Shown here: one piece after another, positions 25,870-40,447 of the stretch
Layout: every line of letters begins with the position of its first letter
How positions within the stretch are numbered: position 1 is the stretch's first letter
Source of the DNA: Octopus sinensis
Taxonomy: Eukaryota
Direction: 5' to 3'
DNA length: 64,000 nucleotides
NCBI RefSeq assembly: GCF_006345805.1
Contig: NC_043009.1
Location: 35,464,001-35,528,000 of the forward strand
Translations under genes and position numbers: made by a program
The notes under the pieces: model-generated
Told to the model about the DNA's origin: nothing
The model's input: only the letters and a program-made list of their open reading frames with translations
Databases searched by the model: none

Positions 25870-27010
25870 CATATGTATAATGGCTAGGAGACTATTGCAG
25901 CGGCAACGACCAGTGTGGGCCAGGATTATTAGATAGCCAAAAAGGGTGGGTATGTTAGAGGGTTGTAAACATCATAGATGAAGTCTTCAGACTATATAGT
26001 ATTATAGCATCTGGCATGGTTTATGGATGGGGTGGAGTTAAACCTAAAGTGGTTTTAATAGTGCCAGATATAGAAGTAGAAATATATTGAAATATTACTG
26101 AAAGTGCATGTTCATTAGGAATAAATGAAATATTTAGTTATCACTATATTCCATCAGCGTAATTTATTACGAATTAAGATGAAGTAGATAATGTAGATAC
26201 AATTTATGATAGAATACAGTAAATAAATAGGTTGAGTTAAAAAATATCTGATAAATATATAAAATTCAGTGTATGAAGTGTTTAATTTTAATAGGTAATA
26301 CATAGACTATAAACTGGGTGAATGGTTGGAATATGAATTAAGAGAGAAGAATAAAGTAAAATCATAGTATAAAATAACATAAAATAAGATACGCTAAATA
26401 TATTAAAATAATTATGTAAGCGTATGCTATATCTGAATATGGATCAGTAAAAATAATGTTAGATAGCTATATGGAGGTCGTTGTTTAAATGAATGTGGAT
26501 TTGTGGTAAGATATTAAAATCTTAAAGATTCTGTGAACGCAAGAAATGAACGTTTTATGCGTGTTTAGTAATTTTGATGGGCTATGCAACAGAATTTGTA
26601 TACATTCTTTTGAGCATAACCAACACAGAGCATTTTAGCCTCGATATGGAGGACCCCAGTAAATTATAGACCAAACTATATCATGTGGTATATTTTATTC
26701 TTTAATGGGGTGTGTATGTTCGGCCAGGGAAGTAGATTTCCTGCGTTTGTCTCATGTAAACTAATTTAAATGGAATAAGTATCTTTGCTTAAAATTATCA
26801 GTAGCTCCACTATAAACCTTGGTGCAGTTTTACCGTCTGATTATGACCGAGTACTTATATACTACTTCAAATCTTTTGCAGTCGGTTTGTAATTAATCCG
26901 TATTTTAGAAGTTACAATTGGAGTTATTTGTTTTAGGAATCTTTGTATTGATATAATTAGAAAATATATGATGGGTTAAGTTAGGAGAATGTTTATGTGT
27001 TGAAAAAAAT
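25870..27010 (-). mobile_element. Penelope-like GIY-YIG domain and 3' region
   Basis: Minus strand gives KVY.GATDN.KQRYLFHLN.FT.DKRRKSTSLAEH..IKE..IPHDIVWSII..PPY...C...C..ECIQIL, the ST.LS.H / W.I / PY / C.LC..E tail seen in some PLE endonucleases. Confidence 0.65.
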
Positions 27011-27019
27011 CCATGAAGT

Positions 27020-28715
27020 TATTTGCCACCGAATTGGAGAAATTTAATTTATGGGATACACCGATAAACGTTTTGTGAAATAAGGTAAACGGAGCAGTCA
27101 GACGATCGAACGAGGTTGATGAACTGAGAAAAAAATGAAAGAAACTTTCCCAAAAGTTTTTTTAGAACGTTTAGGCTATTCCACAAAAATAAAAGCAAGG
27201 ATGGTTAGCAAAGAAAATTCAACACCTATTTTCAGGCCCAAGTGGAACGTGTCGTTTGCGGCGGTAGACCAGGTCTATAGAAAAGTCGGAAAGCCTGAAC
27301 GTAATTGAAAAGATTGACCATGCAGACTGGGCAGTACCGGTAGTCTACGGAAATAAAATAGTAAGCTAAGCATGTGCGCAGACTTCCCAAACGGATTAAA
27401 CGACTCTTTACTCTCACACAGTTACTCACTACCAAGCCCAGAAGAAGTAATTACTAAACTAAAGGGAGGGAATATTTTCTCAAAGTTAGACCTTTCAGAG
27501 GCGTAACTTCAATTTCAGTTAGAGGAAGGTTGCACAGAATTACTAAGAATCAACGCGCACCGTGTATTATACAAGTTCAGACGACCGCCGTTTGGGGTAA
27601 AAGTGGCACCGCCATATTCCAACAAATAATGAATGCGATGTTAAGTGATTGCGATTTAACCATCGCATACCTCAATGACATTTTGATAAAGAGCGAGTGT
27701 CGGGTGCAATACGTAGTACACATAAGGAAAGTACTCGAGAGAATAATTGAATAGGGGCTAAAACTGACATAAGAGAAATGCGAATTTTGGATGGAAAAAT
27801 TATAATACCTAAGTCAAGTAATCAACGAAAGTGAACGTTGACCAGACCCACCAAAAGCGACGGCAATACGAAATATGCCACCCCCGACGAAAGTGACAAT
27901 GCTACAAGCATTCCTAGGCTTGGAAAATTAACACCAAGTATATATCCCAAATATAGATAGGTAAAGACACCACTTAATCGACTACTAAAAAAAATGCCAA
28001 ATGGGTTTGGAGAGAGAAATGCCAGAAAGCATTTAACGAGTTAAAAGATGTACTGGCTTCAGACTTGTATCTTACGCATTTCGACACAAAGTTAGAGATA
28101 CTACTAGCTACAGATGCTAGCGGGTTTGGGATAGGAGCCGTGCTCTTACACTAGGATAACGATGGCAGGAGAAAGGCCATAGCTCACACATCAAGGACAT
28201 CATTTCCAGCGGAAAAGCGCCATAGCCATGTTCATTCACGGCAGGTGTTTTTGGTTGCAAACGGACCATAGAACTCTAATAACGATATACAGTTCCAAGA
28301 AATGAATTCCGGCACGCACGGCAAACAGACTGACGTGGTGCGGTACCATTCTATTAAACTGATTATAGAATGGAATATCTGCCTTCAAAATAGTTGGGGC
28401 ATGCTGATGGACTTTCTAGGTTAATTCCGAGAAATAACGAACCGCTGGAGGACACCGTAATAGCATCACCATGAGCGGAAACGGAAACAGAGAAAGTGAT
28501 GTGGAACATCGTGCGTGAACTACCAGTAATATTGGAAGAATTTTTTTTAAATGCGAGACAAATTTATTAGTGAGACAAAAAGAAAACTGTGGTCGACAAA
28601 AGGAAATAAAGAAAGGTCTGAGGCAAAGAACCACCAAGATGTGAGCGTTTACTCTATGTGATGGTGTACTAATGTATGCTCAGAGGGTGGTGATATTACA
28701 GAAGAAAATGTTTTG
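27020..28715 (+). mobile_element. Ty3/Gypsy pol remnant (RT, RNase H, start of integrase)
   Basis: PIFRPK.NV.FAA, ADWAVPVV, CADFP.GLN, FSKLDLSEA.LQ, PFGVKVAP.IFQQIM, IAYLNDILI, LTHFD.KL.ILLATDASGFGIGAV, GHADGLSRLIP; homologous to the 19-22 kb element. Confidence 0.92.
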
Positions 28716-28768
28716 GTTTATGTTTTTCACTGTTTGATTTGCCTAATAGTGGTTTTATCTCTAATTTA

Positions 28769-28898
<130 letters not shown>

Positions 28899-29129
28899 TG
28901 TACAAGTGTACAGGAGGATCATTCTCAGAAGGGCTATCAATGTTAAATTCTGTTACGTTGGGCAAGAGTCTGCCCAATATATCTTTAAACAACGTATTCC
29001 TTATATAAGGGATCTCCTTACTGAAACGCTATGCTATAAATAGATGCATTATTGTCAAACATATTTTCATTTGTCGACAAATTAGAAATTCTTATCGACA
29101 CCCCTTTAACAGCCCCATTAATAATGCAG

Positions 29130-29164
<35 letters not shown>

Positions 29165-29168
<4 letters not shown>

Positions 29169-29236
29169 TTTAGTTCACGGACCCCTGTACTACCTGTACC
29201 ACCAGGGGTCGGTGAACCCCAGGCTGGGAGCCACTG
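29165..29236. mobile_element. hAT-type MITE right end
   Basis: GGACCCC...GAACCCCAGGCTGGGAGCCACTG resembles the right TIR region of the 60501-60649 MITE. Confidence 0.5.
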
Positions 29237-29439
29237 GTCTACAAAGTGCGGCGGCGAGATTGCATACCAATATTTCTATATGAATGTTTTAAACATCACC
29301 TATACTGCAGCATATTTATATAAACATTGCTTACATCTTTACATATTTTTATAACCACAGCCAAGTAATATTTCGAAACAATTCATGAAAAAAATACCAC
29401 TAAATATGTACGTTTAAATACAATTTTATAGTTAAAAAC

Positions 29440-31770
29440 AACATGAAACGAAAGATTACCAAAGCTGTGGATAGCTTTAAATTTAAATTTCATAAAAGTT
29501 TGTTGAAACTTTGTCTATATTGAAAAATAAATACATATTTCAGTGAATAGATTAAATCTTCATAGCTATAGGCAGAAGTTTGACCAAATCGTGACTATAA
29601 TAATTATGTACAATGTACCTATGATCTTAACAAAGATATATATGAAGCCAAAAAGTTTGGTTTTATACAAAGGTTAAAACATTTGTGGAACTCCAAAGAA
29701 CCAGAATTAGATTTTTTTTCACTGAAATATTTAAATAAACAAGCAACGTTTGCTACATCTAACGGAAATGTCTTATTCAAAGCCGGTTGACACTATAAAA
29801 CTAGCTATTGAAGATAATCATTGAACTTCTGCTGATAGACAGACAGAACACCAAGGTAAATCAATAAGTGAACATCGTAGTAACAATTTAGCTGAAAATA
29901 CATGCTATACTGTACAAACAGAAGACCAAAACCTTGTGGTCACTTTATAAAAGATCTGTGATGATATGTTTCAACAAGTCCACTACCTGAATTTGAATAT
30001 CGAGCCATGCAACACCGATATAAGTAAAGAGCTCAATAAATTACAACTAGAATCAGTGAACGAAATAGGAACCAAATAGCTAGAGTCCACACATTCTAGA
30101 GGAATGGAAACAACCTACGAAACCATTAACCTTTTGATAAATGTCTCAGCTATTACTTTACTAGGGAACGGCAAAAATATGATAGCACTTAATCCAAATT
30201 CAAGCAGAAAAACTGAATCAGCATAGTACGTAACTTAAAAAATAAAGTTTTATTCTTTCGAAATAGTATAGTGGCTAATGAAACAGATCCAGAATTATTT
30301 CACATCTTTTCTTTGTTGACGAACTGAAACTATATAGGCGCCATATCAACCTCATAATAAACAATTACACCTCATTACCCAATTTTCTACAAACATTGGA
30401 ATGAAATTCAGTGAGTTCAAATTTACATTTTTATCAATGAAACATGTAAAAATTGTGCCCATCTCTAAAACTTTAAAAATGAACGGCTTGATAATACTTC
30501 TTCAGTCAGGTAACAATTATAGGTGTACTGGACAAAATGAGAATGTCAGGTATGATGGGAACAGGAAATATAGCTCAGGCTGTTAAAGAGAATATGGTCA
30601 TTAGATATTTCCCATAGCACGTTTGCAGTGCCTATTCTCACACCTACGTTTGGCCTTCTGAACTGGTCACTACAGGAAATCAATGACATAGATATTAGAA
30701 CTCGTAGGCTTCTCAGTGTTACAGGAAACTTCAACATAATTCGTGGTTTAGACAGGCTATACTTCCTATGCAAGCATGCTGGTCGTGGTCTCCAGTCTGC
30801 ATTGACTTCTTACATGAAGCATGGATTGTTACACTGGGACAATATCTGCAACTGAGGGAAGAAACCAGTAACTATCTTACCCAAGTTTATGACTACGAAA
30901 TCAACAACATAATTGCGATAGTTAATGAACTTGAGGAGAGGAATTAAATAAGATCTGATAGAGATATCTCTCAAAAGAGCATTAATAAGACGTATTTATC
31001 AGACGAAAATTTAAAAAGTGGACCCATTTACTGAAAAGATAGTACATATGTAGTTGACATGAAAATCCCAAACCGTAGAAGGCATTGATAATTTCCAAAG
31101 TTTGGCATGGAGTACCGATCAGTTTATAACATCCCACTTCGAAGGCTATCTGCATGCAATTCAAGAGATCCCCAACAAGAAACTACAGCATAAAATGTAG
31201 GCGGTGCAAGACGCACGACCAAGACTGGAGACATTAATCACATTATTGCTAAGTGTGAGAGAATGCCTTCTGAATATCATCTTCTCATGAGGCGCAATGA
31301 TATGGCCAGAATAGTCTGGAACAGGATAACAAAACAGAAAACACCTACAGATGAAGCTGACGATATTGAGACCGATATTGAGAGTAGTGGTAGAATTTTA
31401 AAATTAAAACAGCCACCAAGTTAAAACAAGCATCTAGATATTTTTGTGTGGGACTACACGGAAATGATACGCTACGTCGTGAAAAGAGCTGCACTCTGGA
31501 CACCAATGAGGTTCGAAAAATAGAAGAGAAAGAAGACATCTATGGACCATTGATAAGTTGTTTGCAAATCCAGTAACCAAGATACGGTTTCAGTTTCATA
31601 CCTATTATTTTTGGTCCAACAGGATACATACCAACTTGTCCGAAGCACACTAAGGCTGAACTTTTGATCTTGGGGAGAGAAGTCATTAATTCAAACACTT
31701 CAAATGATCACGATATTTGTGACTATAAAAATCTGCAAGACGTTCTGGAGTCTTAAAGGGTAATGAACAA
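29440..31770 (+). mobile_element. R4/Dong-like (restriction-like endonuclease) non-LTR retrotransposon remnant
   Basis: IGMKF, FAVPILTPTFGLLNWSLQEINDIDIRTRRLL...DRLY...GRGL (RT C-terminus), CCHC CRRCK..EDINHII.KCERM..YHL.MR.ND, and EK.D.YGPLI..LQ..IPIIFG..GYIP (RLE). Confidence 0.85.
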
Positions 31771-32971
31771 AACATGATGCTTTCCTTCACAATCTTGCTA
31801 CCAGGCAGGTCGCCGGTCGAAATTATATGCATATCTGCAATCAGCGCTGATGCACAGAATCTTTATCTTCCAGAGGTTATTAAAATGGTTGGTCTTGTTC
31901 CTAAATCAGAAATTTTTAATTCGATTAATATCTGATATATTCAATATCTTACCTAAGCTTCTCGTAATCTGTGCTCGTATCTCGAAAATACAAACTGCCA
32001 GTTGAAATAATATATGAATTACAAATAAGGATGCTGGAGTCTCAGTTTATTTTGTTTCTTAGACAGAATTTGCATATTTCGTCGTCTCGATTTTGTATAT
32101 ATTTCAGATGATAGAATAAATTTACCTCTTTTAATTAAGAATATCGAAAATATTTAATTACTGCGTTGAAAACCTGGTCGTCTTTTCTCTTACACCTAAT
32201 TAATAATTACTTTTTCATAATTAGTATATATGCTCAAGCGATAGAATGAAATATGTATAGCCTATCTGAAAGTTCAGCCGAGACACCGAGACTAGTATTC
32301 GTACTTCATAATTTATATAGTTTATATGTTACGCTTCGATTTTTGTCCCTCAGCTGCAATGACAAATACCCATGCTGTCCATTTCATTGCCGATGCGTCG
32401 GTTTTAAACATGTTCCCTCATTGAGTTGGAATAGATTGGAGGACTTCAGAAGTACAGCTAACAAATTTGCATTGCCTCAAATAGACTGAGAAAAAATGTG
32501 AAAGCAGACATCAACAGCTTTCAGAAATAGCATATTTCAGTGATTTAACAGGTTTTCCTTAGTCTCAACACGTAGATTGAGCGGCTTTGAAGACCTGGCA
32601 CGGTGGGAATCAAGGTTATAGCTTTTCTTCCTACTATTAGAACACACTAACAAATGGCTTCAAATATATAGATCTTGCCTTGGCGGAGGCAATATTGATG
32701 CACCTGGAATCAACTGAAAACATTGGTGTTCACTTAGTTTTGTGACGATTTATCTTATGTTTGTCTTCATACTAAGAAGGATCTAAAAAATTTGGATGTA
32801 AGATCGCTTGTCTTCAACCCTCCGAACTGGATAACTGCACCCTGTAGCCTATCAACTTTGAAGCTGCAGCAAATATTCAAGTAATTATACTGATTGACGG
32901 AATATTGAATATTCGAATTCTGTAAGAAAAGAGAAATATTAACACACATTATATAGAATATGCTCTTGTAT

Positions 32972-33085
<114 letters not shown>

Positions 33086-33591
33086 TGTATATAGGGAAAA
33101 ACAAGTAGAAGAAAATGAATGTAATTACTGATTTATTTGCGTGCAGAAAGATCACGCAATTTTTTTAAAAAATCATTACAAATAAATTGGATGTTGAAGG
33201 CTCGAAAAGTGTTAAGAAAAACGTAAGGACTTACATATATTCTCTTGTATTTTTTATTTATAATACACTTTTTTGATCCTGAATTTATACATAAAAAAGT
33301 TACATTCCTTATAAACCCGTTGCATGTATTATATATCTCCCCTGCAATTTAACATCCTCATAAACAATCATTATATACTCACTCCTGTACTTTTCTTAAC
33401 AATCCACTGATTTACTAGTAATTCACGTTGCCCACTAATCCATTAAAACATTTAGGTACATATTAATACAAAATGTTGCCCCACCTCTGTTTTCCATATC
33501 CTTTGGTTCTTTTCCCACTCACCATAGAGTACTAGATTATTTCTTTTTCCTCTATATATTTCAGTATATGTGTTTGTATTTATGCATGTAG

Positions 33592-33634
<43 letters not shown>

Positions 33635-33696
33635 ATATATACATACATACAAACATGCATACATACATACATACACATACACACACACACACACAC

Positions 33697-33754
<58 letters not shown>

Positions 33755-34159
33755 ATATATATATTATATATATAATATATATATATATGTATTAAATTCG
33801 TACCTTAACACATGTAAGAACATGAAACTGAGTGTGCGTGTATGTGTATAAATATAGGGTATATTATATACACCTCTATGCAATCTTAAGTTTCAAGTGT
33901 TTTTACTTTTATTGAACTTAGCTAAATACTCTCCCTATAAATTAGATACCTCTTAGAACATACATTATGTCCCCCTAAGCGCTTTCATATATCCCTTTCT
34001 TATTTTCCCTCTCTAGAGTCAACTAGCTTATACTTTTTCCTACTTCTATCATTTAAAAAAATATATATGTATTTTTATATCGGATACACACCTTACATAT
34101 GGCATGCTCTTGTGTGGAGTTGTGTGGAGTACACACACACACACACACACACACACGCG

Positions 34160-34203
<44 letters not shown>

Positions 34204-34575
34204 TGTGTGTGTATGTACATAATGTGTGTATGCGTGAGTCTGTATGTATATGTACGTGTATACATGTTGTATATACTTATCCATGTCTGCTTACAAGCCC
34301 TCGTATTTATATGTGAATATCGTGAATCTACATGGATATACTTGCATATATTCCATATTTCTCATTAATTTCATAACTGAGTTTTAAATATCTACTTAAA
34401 TATCTACCTACCTACACTAATACATTAACGGTACATAAGTAAGTCCTATTTGTCATAGATCACACCTTTGAAGATAACACCAATCATATCTAGTTTATGT
34501 TCTTTCTATATCCCAATACTTCTTTCATCTTTTTATCTTTCTGTTTATTTATTTAACCCTAAATTTATATATATA

Positions 34576-34985
34576 GGCGCAGGAGTGGCTGTGTGGTAAG
34601 TAGCTTGCTAACCAGCCACATGGTTCCGGGTTCAGTCCCACTGCGTGGTATCTTGGGCAAGTGTCTTCTGCTATAGCCTCGGGCCGACCAATGCCTTGTG
34701 AGCGGATTTGGTAGACGGAAACTGAAAGAAGCCTGTCGTATATATGTATATATATATGTATGTGTGTGTGTGTTTGTGTGTCTGTGTTTGTCCCCCTAGC
34801 ATTGCTTGACAACCGATGCTGGTGTGTTTACATCCCCGTCACTTAGCGGTTCGGCAAAAAGAGATCGATAGAATAAGTACTGGGCTTACAAAAAGAATAA
34901 GTCCCGGGGTCGAGTTGCTCGACTAAAGGCGGTGCTCCAGCATGGCCGCAGTCAAATGACTGAAACAAGCAAGTAAAAAAGAGTA
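34576..34985 (+). mobile_element. Full-length tRNA-derived SINE family A
   Basis: A box GGCTGTGTGGTAAG, B box GGTTCAGTCCC, CORE-like CTTGGGCAAGTG block, central (TA/GT) tract, tail GGCGGTGCTCCAGCATGGCCGCAGTCAAATGACTGAAAC. Confidence 0.93.
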
Positions 34986-35599
34986 TATAAAATTTACCTT
35001 CCTTATGAATCCCAGTGCATGTGATTTTTGGTTAATCGCTTTTTTGACATACTAAATAATTGTATAGGTTCCTCAAGAATTTGTTTTCGAATTCGATATT
35101 TTTACTTGTTTATTTTCATATAATGCATGTTTCAACCCAAAATGTTTCTATACACTGTACACATGAAACAATCCGTTTCTGTTCTTTGGTGTATGTTGGA
35201 CATTATTTATATTTATATTCACTACTTTAGCCATTCATATTTCATAACCTACACACATGTTTTATTTCTGAACACAACACCCAACTATTTTTATATATAT
35301 GAAAAGTTGTCTAATGAAAATCCTGCTGCACACCGACATTCTTTCACAATATATTGAAAATCTAATCACCTTATTCTTATTATTATTCTTAGTTTTCCTT
35401 CTCTGTCGGTTTTTTTTTAGAATATTAATATCACATTTGCTCAACATACCTTCATTATAGTTACAAATTTCTTAACGGGAACCTCGACATGTTCTCATCA
35501 TTGTTTCTTACTGTTTAGAGCTATCACATAACATCTGTTTATGTTTTTATTTATATCAATCTCGTGTACAACAAACTCATACATAAGTAACTCAACATT

Positions 35600-36040
35600 A
35601 AGATTGTTGAAAAGCCAGGGAACTCCGTCAGATTACAACTATGTAGGACGTGATCCTTTGAGAATACCATATGCACCAATAATAACTGCATGGTATGTAG
35701 GATTCGCTTTGATATTAACTGTGGAACTAGAGGTTTACTTTACAGCATAAGATGCATCGAAGGTGCTTGTAAAAACATGAACATGACATACGTAGGGGAG
35801 ACATCTAGGAGCATTGCAGAACGACTAAATGAACATTTGAGACAATATGACGGCAAAAAACAGTCCTCCAAACTCTACCAACATAGCAAGGACCAACATG
35901 GTGGCAACCTGGGTCAACTTGCTATCCGCATCTTATCCAAGCACCCAAAAGACACAATACTCAGACAAATACAGGAGTACGTCCTCATAAATGAAACTTC
36001 CCCAATACTACATAAGAAATATACATAACAGATATCATAC
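35600..36040 (+). mobile_element. Penelope-like GIY-YIG endonuclease fragment
   Basis: ORF 35690..36028: NCGTRGLLYSIRC...TYVGETSRSIAERLNEH..SKLYQH..RQIQE..LI...P.L; hallmark Y..C / YVGET / R..EH motifs. Confidence 0.9.
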
Positions 36041-36775
36041 CCCCAATACCCACAGTTTATACAGGTAGAGTAGTATAGTTGGTGGGCTATTATGTAGATA
36101 GATGTATGTATGTGTGTGTATGGGGGTGTATGTATATATATGTATATGCACATGTATATAAGCATAGGGATATGAAAGTAAACAAATCAACATACAGAGG
36201 GATAGGTACATAGGTTATATGAACAGACAAACACACGTACGCACACATACAAATAAATACATGGACATATATACACACACATCCATACATATGGAGATGC
36301 ACAGCCATACACAGAAACACGGTACATAGCGGCAAAACTCACACACATATACCAACACACGCACACATACATAAAAAACACACAAACACGGAAGCGTAAA
36401 GATATGAATGTGAAGAATACATACAAATATACATGCATACATACATATATACATAAGCACACACACATACATGCATACAAACACATGCATACATACACAC
36501 ATACATACATGCATGTGTAGGTAGACACACACACAGTAACCCAGACACATGCGCACAAACTAACAAAAAGGAACGCAGTGTGAATAACGGACAAAGTCAA
36601 AACGATTGAAAAGGTTGCAAGACGCAACGAAAATTTTAGAAAAATAAAAAAGAAATTTACTGGTAAAAGTGTTAAGTTATAAGGCACTAAAAGAGGATGA
36701 TTCTCCCTAGACACAACAGAATATGCTTCAACTCACACACTCACATAAAGAATCTTGCAACCAAATCCCAAAACG

Positions 36776-36843
<68 letters not shown>

Positions 36844-37446
36844 ATATATATATATATATATGGTGGGGGGGTATTTATGTATGTATGAATGTATGTATGT
36901 ATGTGTGTATGCATGTATCAATTAAATATAAGGATAAAATCTACATAAAACTTTTTTAAGTAGCCGGCATATAAAAGCAATTAAGGTAAAATATTAATAC
37001 GATGTACATAATTTAAAATATTTTACATTAAGGAGTAAACGTTAAACCTGAATATATTCAGTGCTGAGTTATTTTGGTTTTACACATGAGGCTGAGATGA
37101 ACAAGATTGAAATTTTTTTCCCGGTTATACAAGTGTGAACATTTGTATATGCTCTGTGGATACGTTCTATCCGCGGGGTATGTATAAGTGTTTATATGTA
37201 TATATTTCTAGTTGTGTTTGCACTGGCGAATGGAGGGCATGTTGCAGCGCTGACTACGATATCGTTTCGATATAAAACTGAAACTTATAAAAGAGTTTTT
37301 CCTTTGTTCATTCCTTCGAATTCAATGCGTGTGTATATTTGATAAAGTGTGGCTTACTTATAGTAACAGCTTTTAATGTAATAATATATTTACATATATA
37401 TATATAAAATATGTATATATATATATTATGTATAATATATATATAT

Positions 37447-37514
<68 letters not shown>

Positions 37515-37515
<1 letters not shown>

Positions 37516-38290
37516 ATATTACAAGGCTTCGAGGTGATGTACAGGTATTATATATTAGAAAAAAATAAGGTACTCAGAAATCTGGATGGATGTACATTTA
37601 CAGATTTTATTAATATGTCACATGTTTTAATAAGACACATAATAGCGCTTACATCTACTCTAGTAGATTCTTCAGATTTGAATTTTGTGAGGGAATCCGT
37701 CTCATTTTATAGTATTATTGATTGTATATGGGTGGAGAGAGATGTGTTATAGTAAAAGAGGGTGAGGAATGGAGAAAAGAGAGACAGTGTTTGTGTATGT
37801 GTGTATGTGTGTATGTGTGTGTGCCTGTGTATCTGAAAGGTGTGTCAATGGAAAAAAGAAGGAAAGAAAGGAAGAGAGAAAGAATAAAAATGGGTTTACA
37901 TCCATACAGCTGGTCAGTTCTTTCAATAGAAAGTGATGAGTTGATTCTTGGGCTTTTGATAAAAGTTATTTTTCAAAACATTGTCTGCATTTATGCCAAC
38001 GAGCCAGAATTCACCGACAACATGTCCGACAGGAGGAACTAAGAAAGATTCCACTGAGTAAACACCAAGAAACATGTGGAGAAGGAAAATTTAAGATCTT
38101 TCCCTGCTATAAATGCCCAACGAATGACACCTTCTTCAGAAAAAGTATGGGACAATACTTCATAACAAAGTTCTCCCCTAAACTGAATGGCTGAAAATAT
38201 GAAAATCACAGTAACTTCCCTATAAACCCATCTAGAACTATTAGCTTAGTTTGTATAATAATATCCTCATAATGTACAAGAAATTGTTTA
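37515..38290 (+). mobile_element. PLE endonuclease C-terminal fragment within diverged inverted ends
   Basis: 37985-38180 reads LCQRARIHRQHVRQEELRKIPLSKH.ETCGEGKFKIFP.YKC.TND.FFRKSM.QYFITKFSPKLNG*; the ends show weak inverted similarity. Confidence 0.7.
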
Positions 38291-38639
38291 TATATATATA
38301 TATATATATGTTTATATGCGTGCGTCTCTATATATGTGTGTATACATGTGTACGTGTGTGTGTGTGTGTGTAGTGAAAAGGGGTTAAGAATCCATACAAA
38401 TCAAAGGTTATAGGTAAAATGTAAGAGTAGAACTACCAAGAAAGTATGTTTAAAGATTGTATTAACTTTCTTTAATCAGACAAGATAGGTAAATATTTTT
38501 ATTTATCACATTAAGTGACTTTTATAAGATGTTACCGCCTACTATGTGTATGTCCATCTTATCAAATTTAAAAATTCAAGGAAATAATTGGGAAATAAGA
38601 ATTAAAAATTAGAAATTTGAATTAGAAATTAGAAATTAA

Positions 38640-39130
38640 AATGAGGTTCAAGGTATCCAGTGTCGAAAATTCTATTGAAATGAATTGCAAATATCTTGTC
38701 AGAAATTCTATTGAAGTCCTTGTACACTAGTTCCTTTCCCAGGTAACTGTTGTTCAGGGGACCGTTATCCGGTAATCTATAACTAGAAGGTCTTTGTGGG
38801 CGGATTCTCCTCATGTTATTATCTTGATTGTGATTGAAAATCACGGATCTTATGATTGTTGGGGGGAACTATAGCTAAAAGTTCCTGTATTTCTATTGTG
38901 ATATTTATGTGTGTGTGGAAAGTCAGTGTCTATGACTTTAAGAAAACCTCTCCCTTCATCAATAGCCACATTAATTAAATGCCACATTATTTTCTTCTAC
39001 CTACGGCCTATCTGAGGCCTATCTACGTTTGTTTTACTATTCTTAAACGTGGACCTTTCTAATGCGGTGTTGTAATATTGGGCTGCGTTTTTGAAAGTAG
39101 CTTCATAAACGGAGAAGCTGAAAACACGCC
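38640..39130 (-). mobile_element. L1/Tx1-like LINE ORF2 fragment
   Basis: NSYLGKELVYKDFNRISDKIFAIHFNRIFDTGYLEP resembles the K.PG.DG..FYK.F..I..L..FN.I..G.LP region just upstream of the RT core. Confidence 0.45.
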
Positions 39131-39140
39131 TAATAATACT

Positions 39141-39337
39141 TATTTCTTTACTACCCACAAGGGGTTAAACACAGAGAGGACAAACAAGGACAGACAAACG
39201 GATTAAGTCGATTAAATCGACCCCAGTACGTAACTGGTACTTATTTAAACAACCCCGAAAGGATGAAAGGCACAGTCGACCTCGGCGGAATTTGAACTCA
39301 CAACGTAACGACTGACGTAATACCGCTAAGTATTTCG
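39141..39337 (-). mobile_element. SINE family B, 5'-truncated
   Basis: Reverse homologue of 9078-9310. Confidence 0.9.
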
Positions 39338-39379
39338 TATTTTGCATACGAAATCAACCAAGAGACTATAAAACCTGGA

Positions 39380-40010
39380 CACATAGAATTTTAAAAATTC
39401 CAAATGCCTGTTACAGACACATGACACGAACATAAAACTAATGTCTCCCAGCAAGATAATGCAACAAGCAATACGGAAAATCATAATGTTTAAAACTCTC
39501 TCGCTCAAAACAAAAACAATAAAACACATGCCAAAATAAAGTATCGAAAAAGGCTACAGCCCATATAGGGTAAAACAACTTATGAAGCAAGGGGAAAACT
39601 ACGGTACTGTGGAAGAAAGGGTCGCTTCTAACGAAGAAGCAAAGGAACGCTTCACAGTGCCTTTGAAGACAAGCGAATTGGTACCGCTACCGACGTGCAT
39701 GGGTCGACGTGCTTCAAAAATAAAAATAGGGGAGGTGCCAGCCGGAAATCGATATGATGTGACTTGTGGAAATCGTATTGCTGAACATGTAAGATCCAGC
39801 CACTATCCTTCAGGCCACCAGCAGAATTGTTGGGACCAAGGTCTGGAGCTAATAATCCAGGCCACCTTGTGGGACCTGGAAGAAATATCAGAGCGAATAA
39901 TACTACCGGACGACACCATATTAAGAGTCATGTTGGAGGGAAGAATTTCAAGGTTTTAGCCCTTTCACACCCGAACACCAGCGAACTCAAAATGTCCTTT
40001 TTCATCTATT
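39380..40010 (+). mobile_element. Probable L1/Tx1-type LINE ORF1 fragment
   Basis: ORF 39582..39959 ...LPTCMGRRASKIKIGEVP...IILPDDTILRVMLEGR resembles RRM-like ORF1 preceding a (lost) zinc knuckle; family call from pattern memory only. Confidence 0.45.
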
Positions 40011-40149
40011 GTTAAACGTCATTTAACCATATGTTTATTCGCCCCATTTTTGTATGTCCTGTACTGTCACTGAGAATTAAATTTCTTGCCAGAGAAACAC
40101 ACACATTATTTGTTTTTAGTGATCAAATGTTTGTGTTCACATAAGCTCA

Positions 40150-40337
40150 CTCCCACCATGGAATCGACACTACCTCTATAGGTGTACCATGTACCACATG
40201 TCAAATGACGAAATGATCGCAGAGCAACGTGAAATGAAGTGTTTGCTTAAGGGCAAACGCAACGCCCGGTCTGGGAATCGAACCTACGATCTCACAATAG
40301 TGAGTACAACACTCTAGCTACTAACCCATGTGCCTTC
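40150..40337 (-). mobile_element. Degenerate tRNA-derived SINE (family C-related)
   Basis: GGGAATCGAACC (reverse B box) and GAGCAACGTGAAATGAAGTG body shared with the 52347-52662 copy. Confidence 0.75.
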
Positions 40338-40447
40338 ACAATGTGTGTGTGTGTATGTGTGTGTGTGTGTGTATGTGTGTGTGTGTGTGTATGTGTGTGT
40401 GTGTGTGTGTATGTGTGTGTGTGTGTGTGTGTGAAGTTATGAATGTA

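Noticed and set aside
32770-32930. Strong minus-strand acceptor followed by a short open frame (NSNIQYSVNQ...)
   Set aside because: Weak donors, no recognisable protein, and no phase-compatible partner exons.
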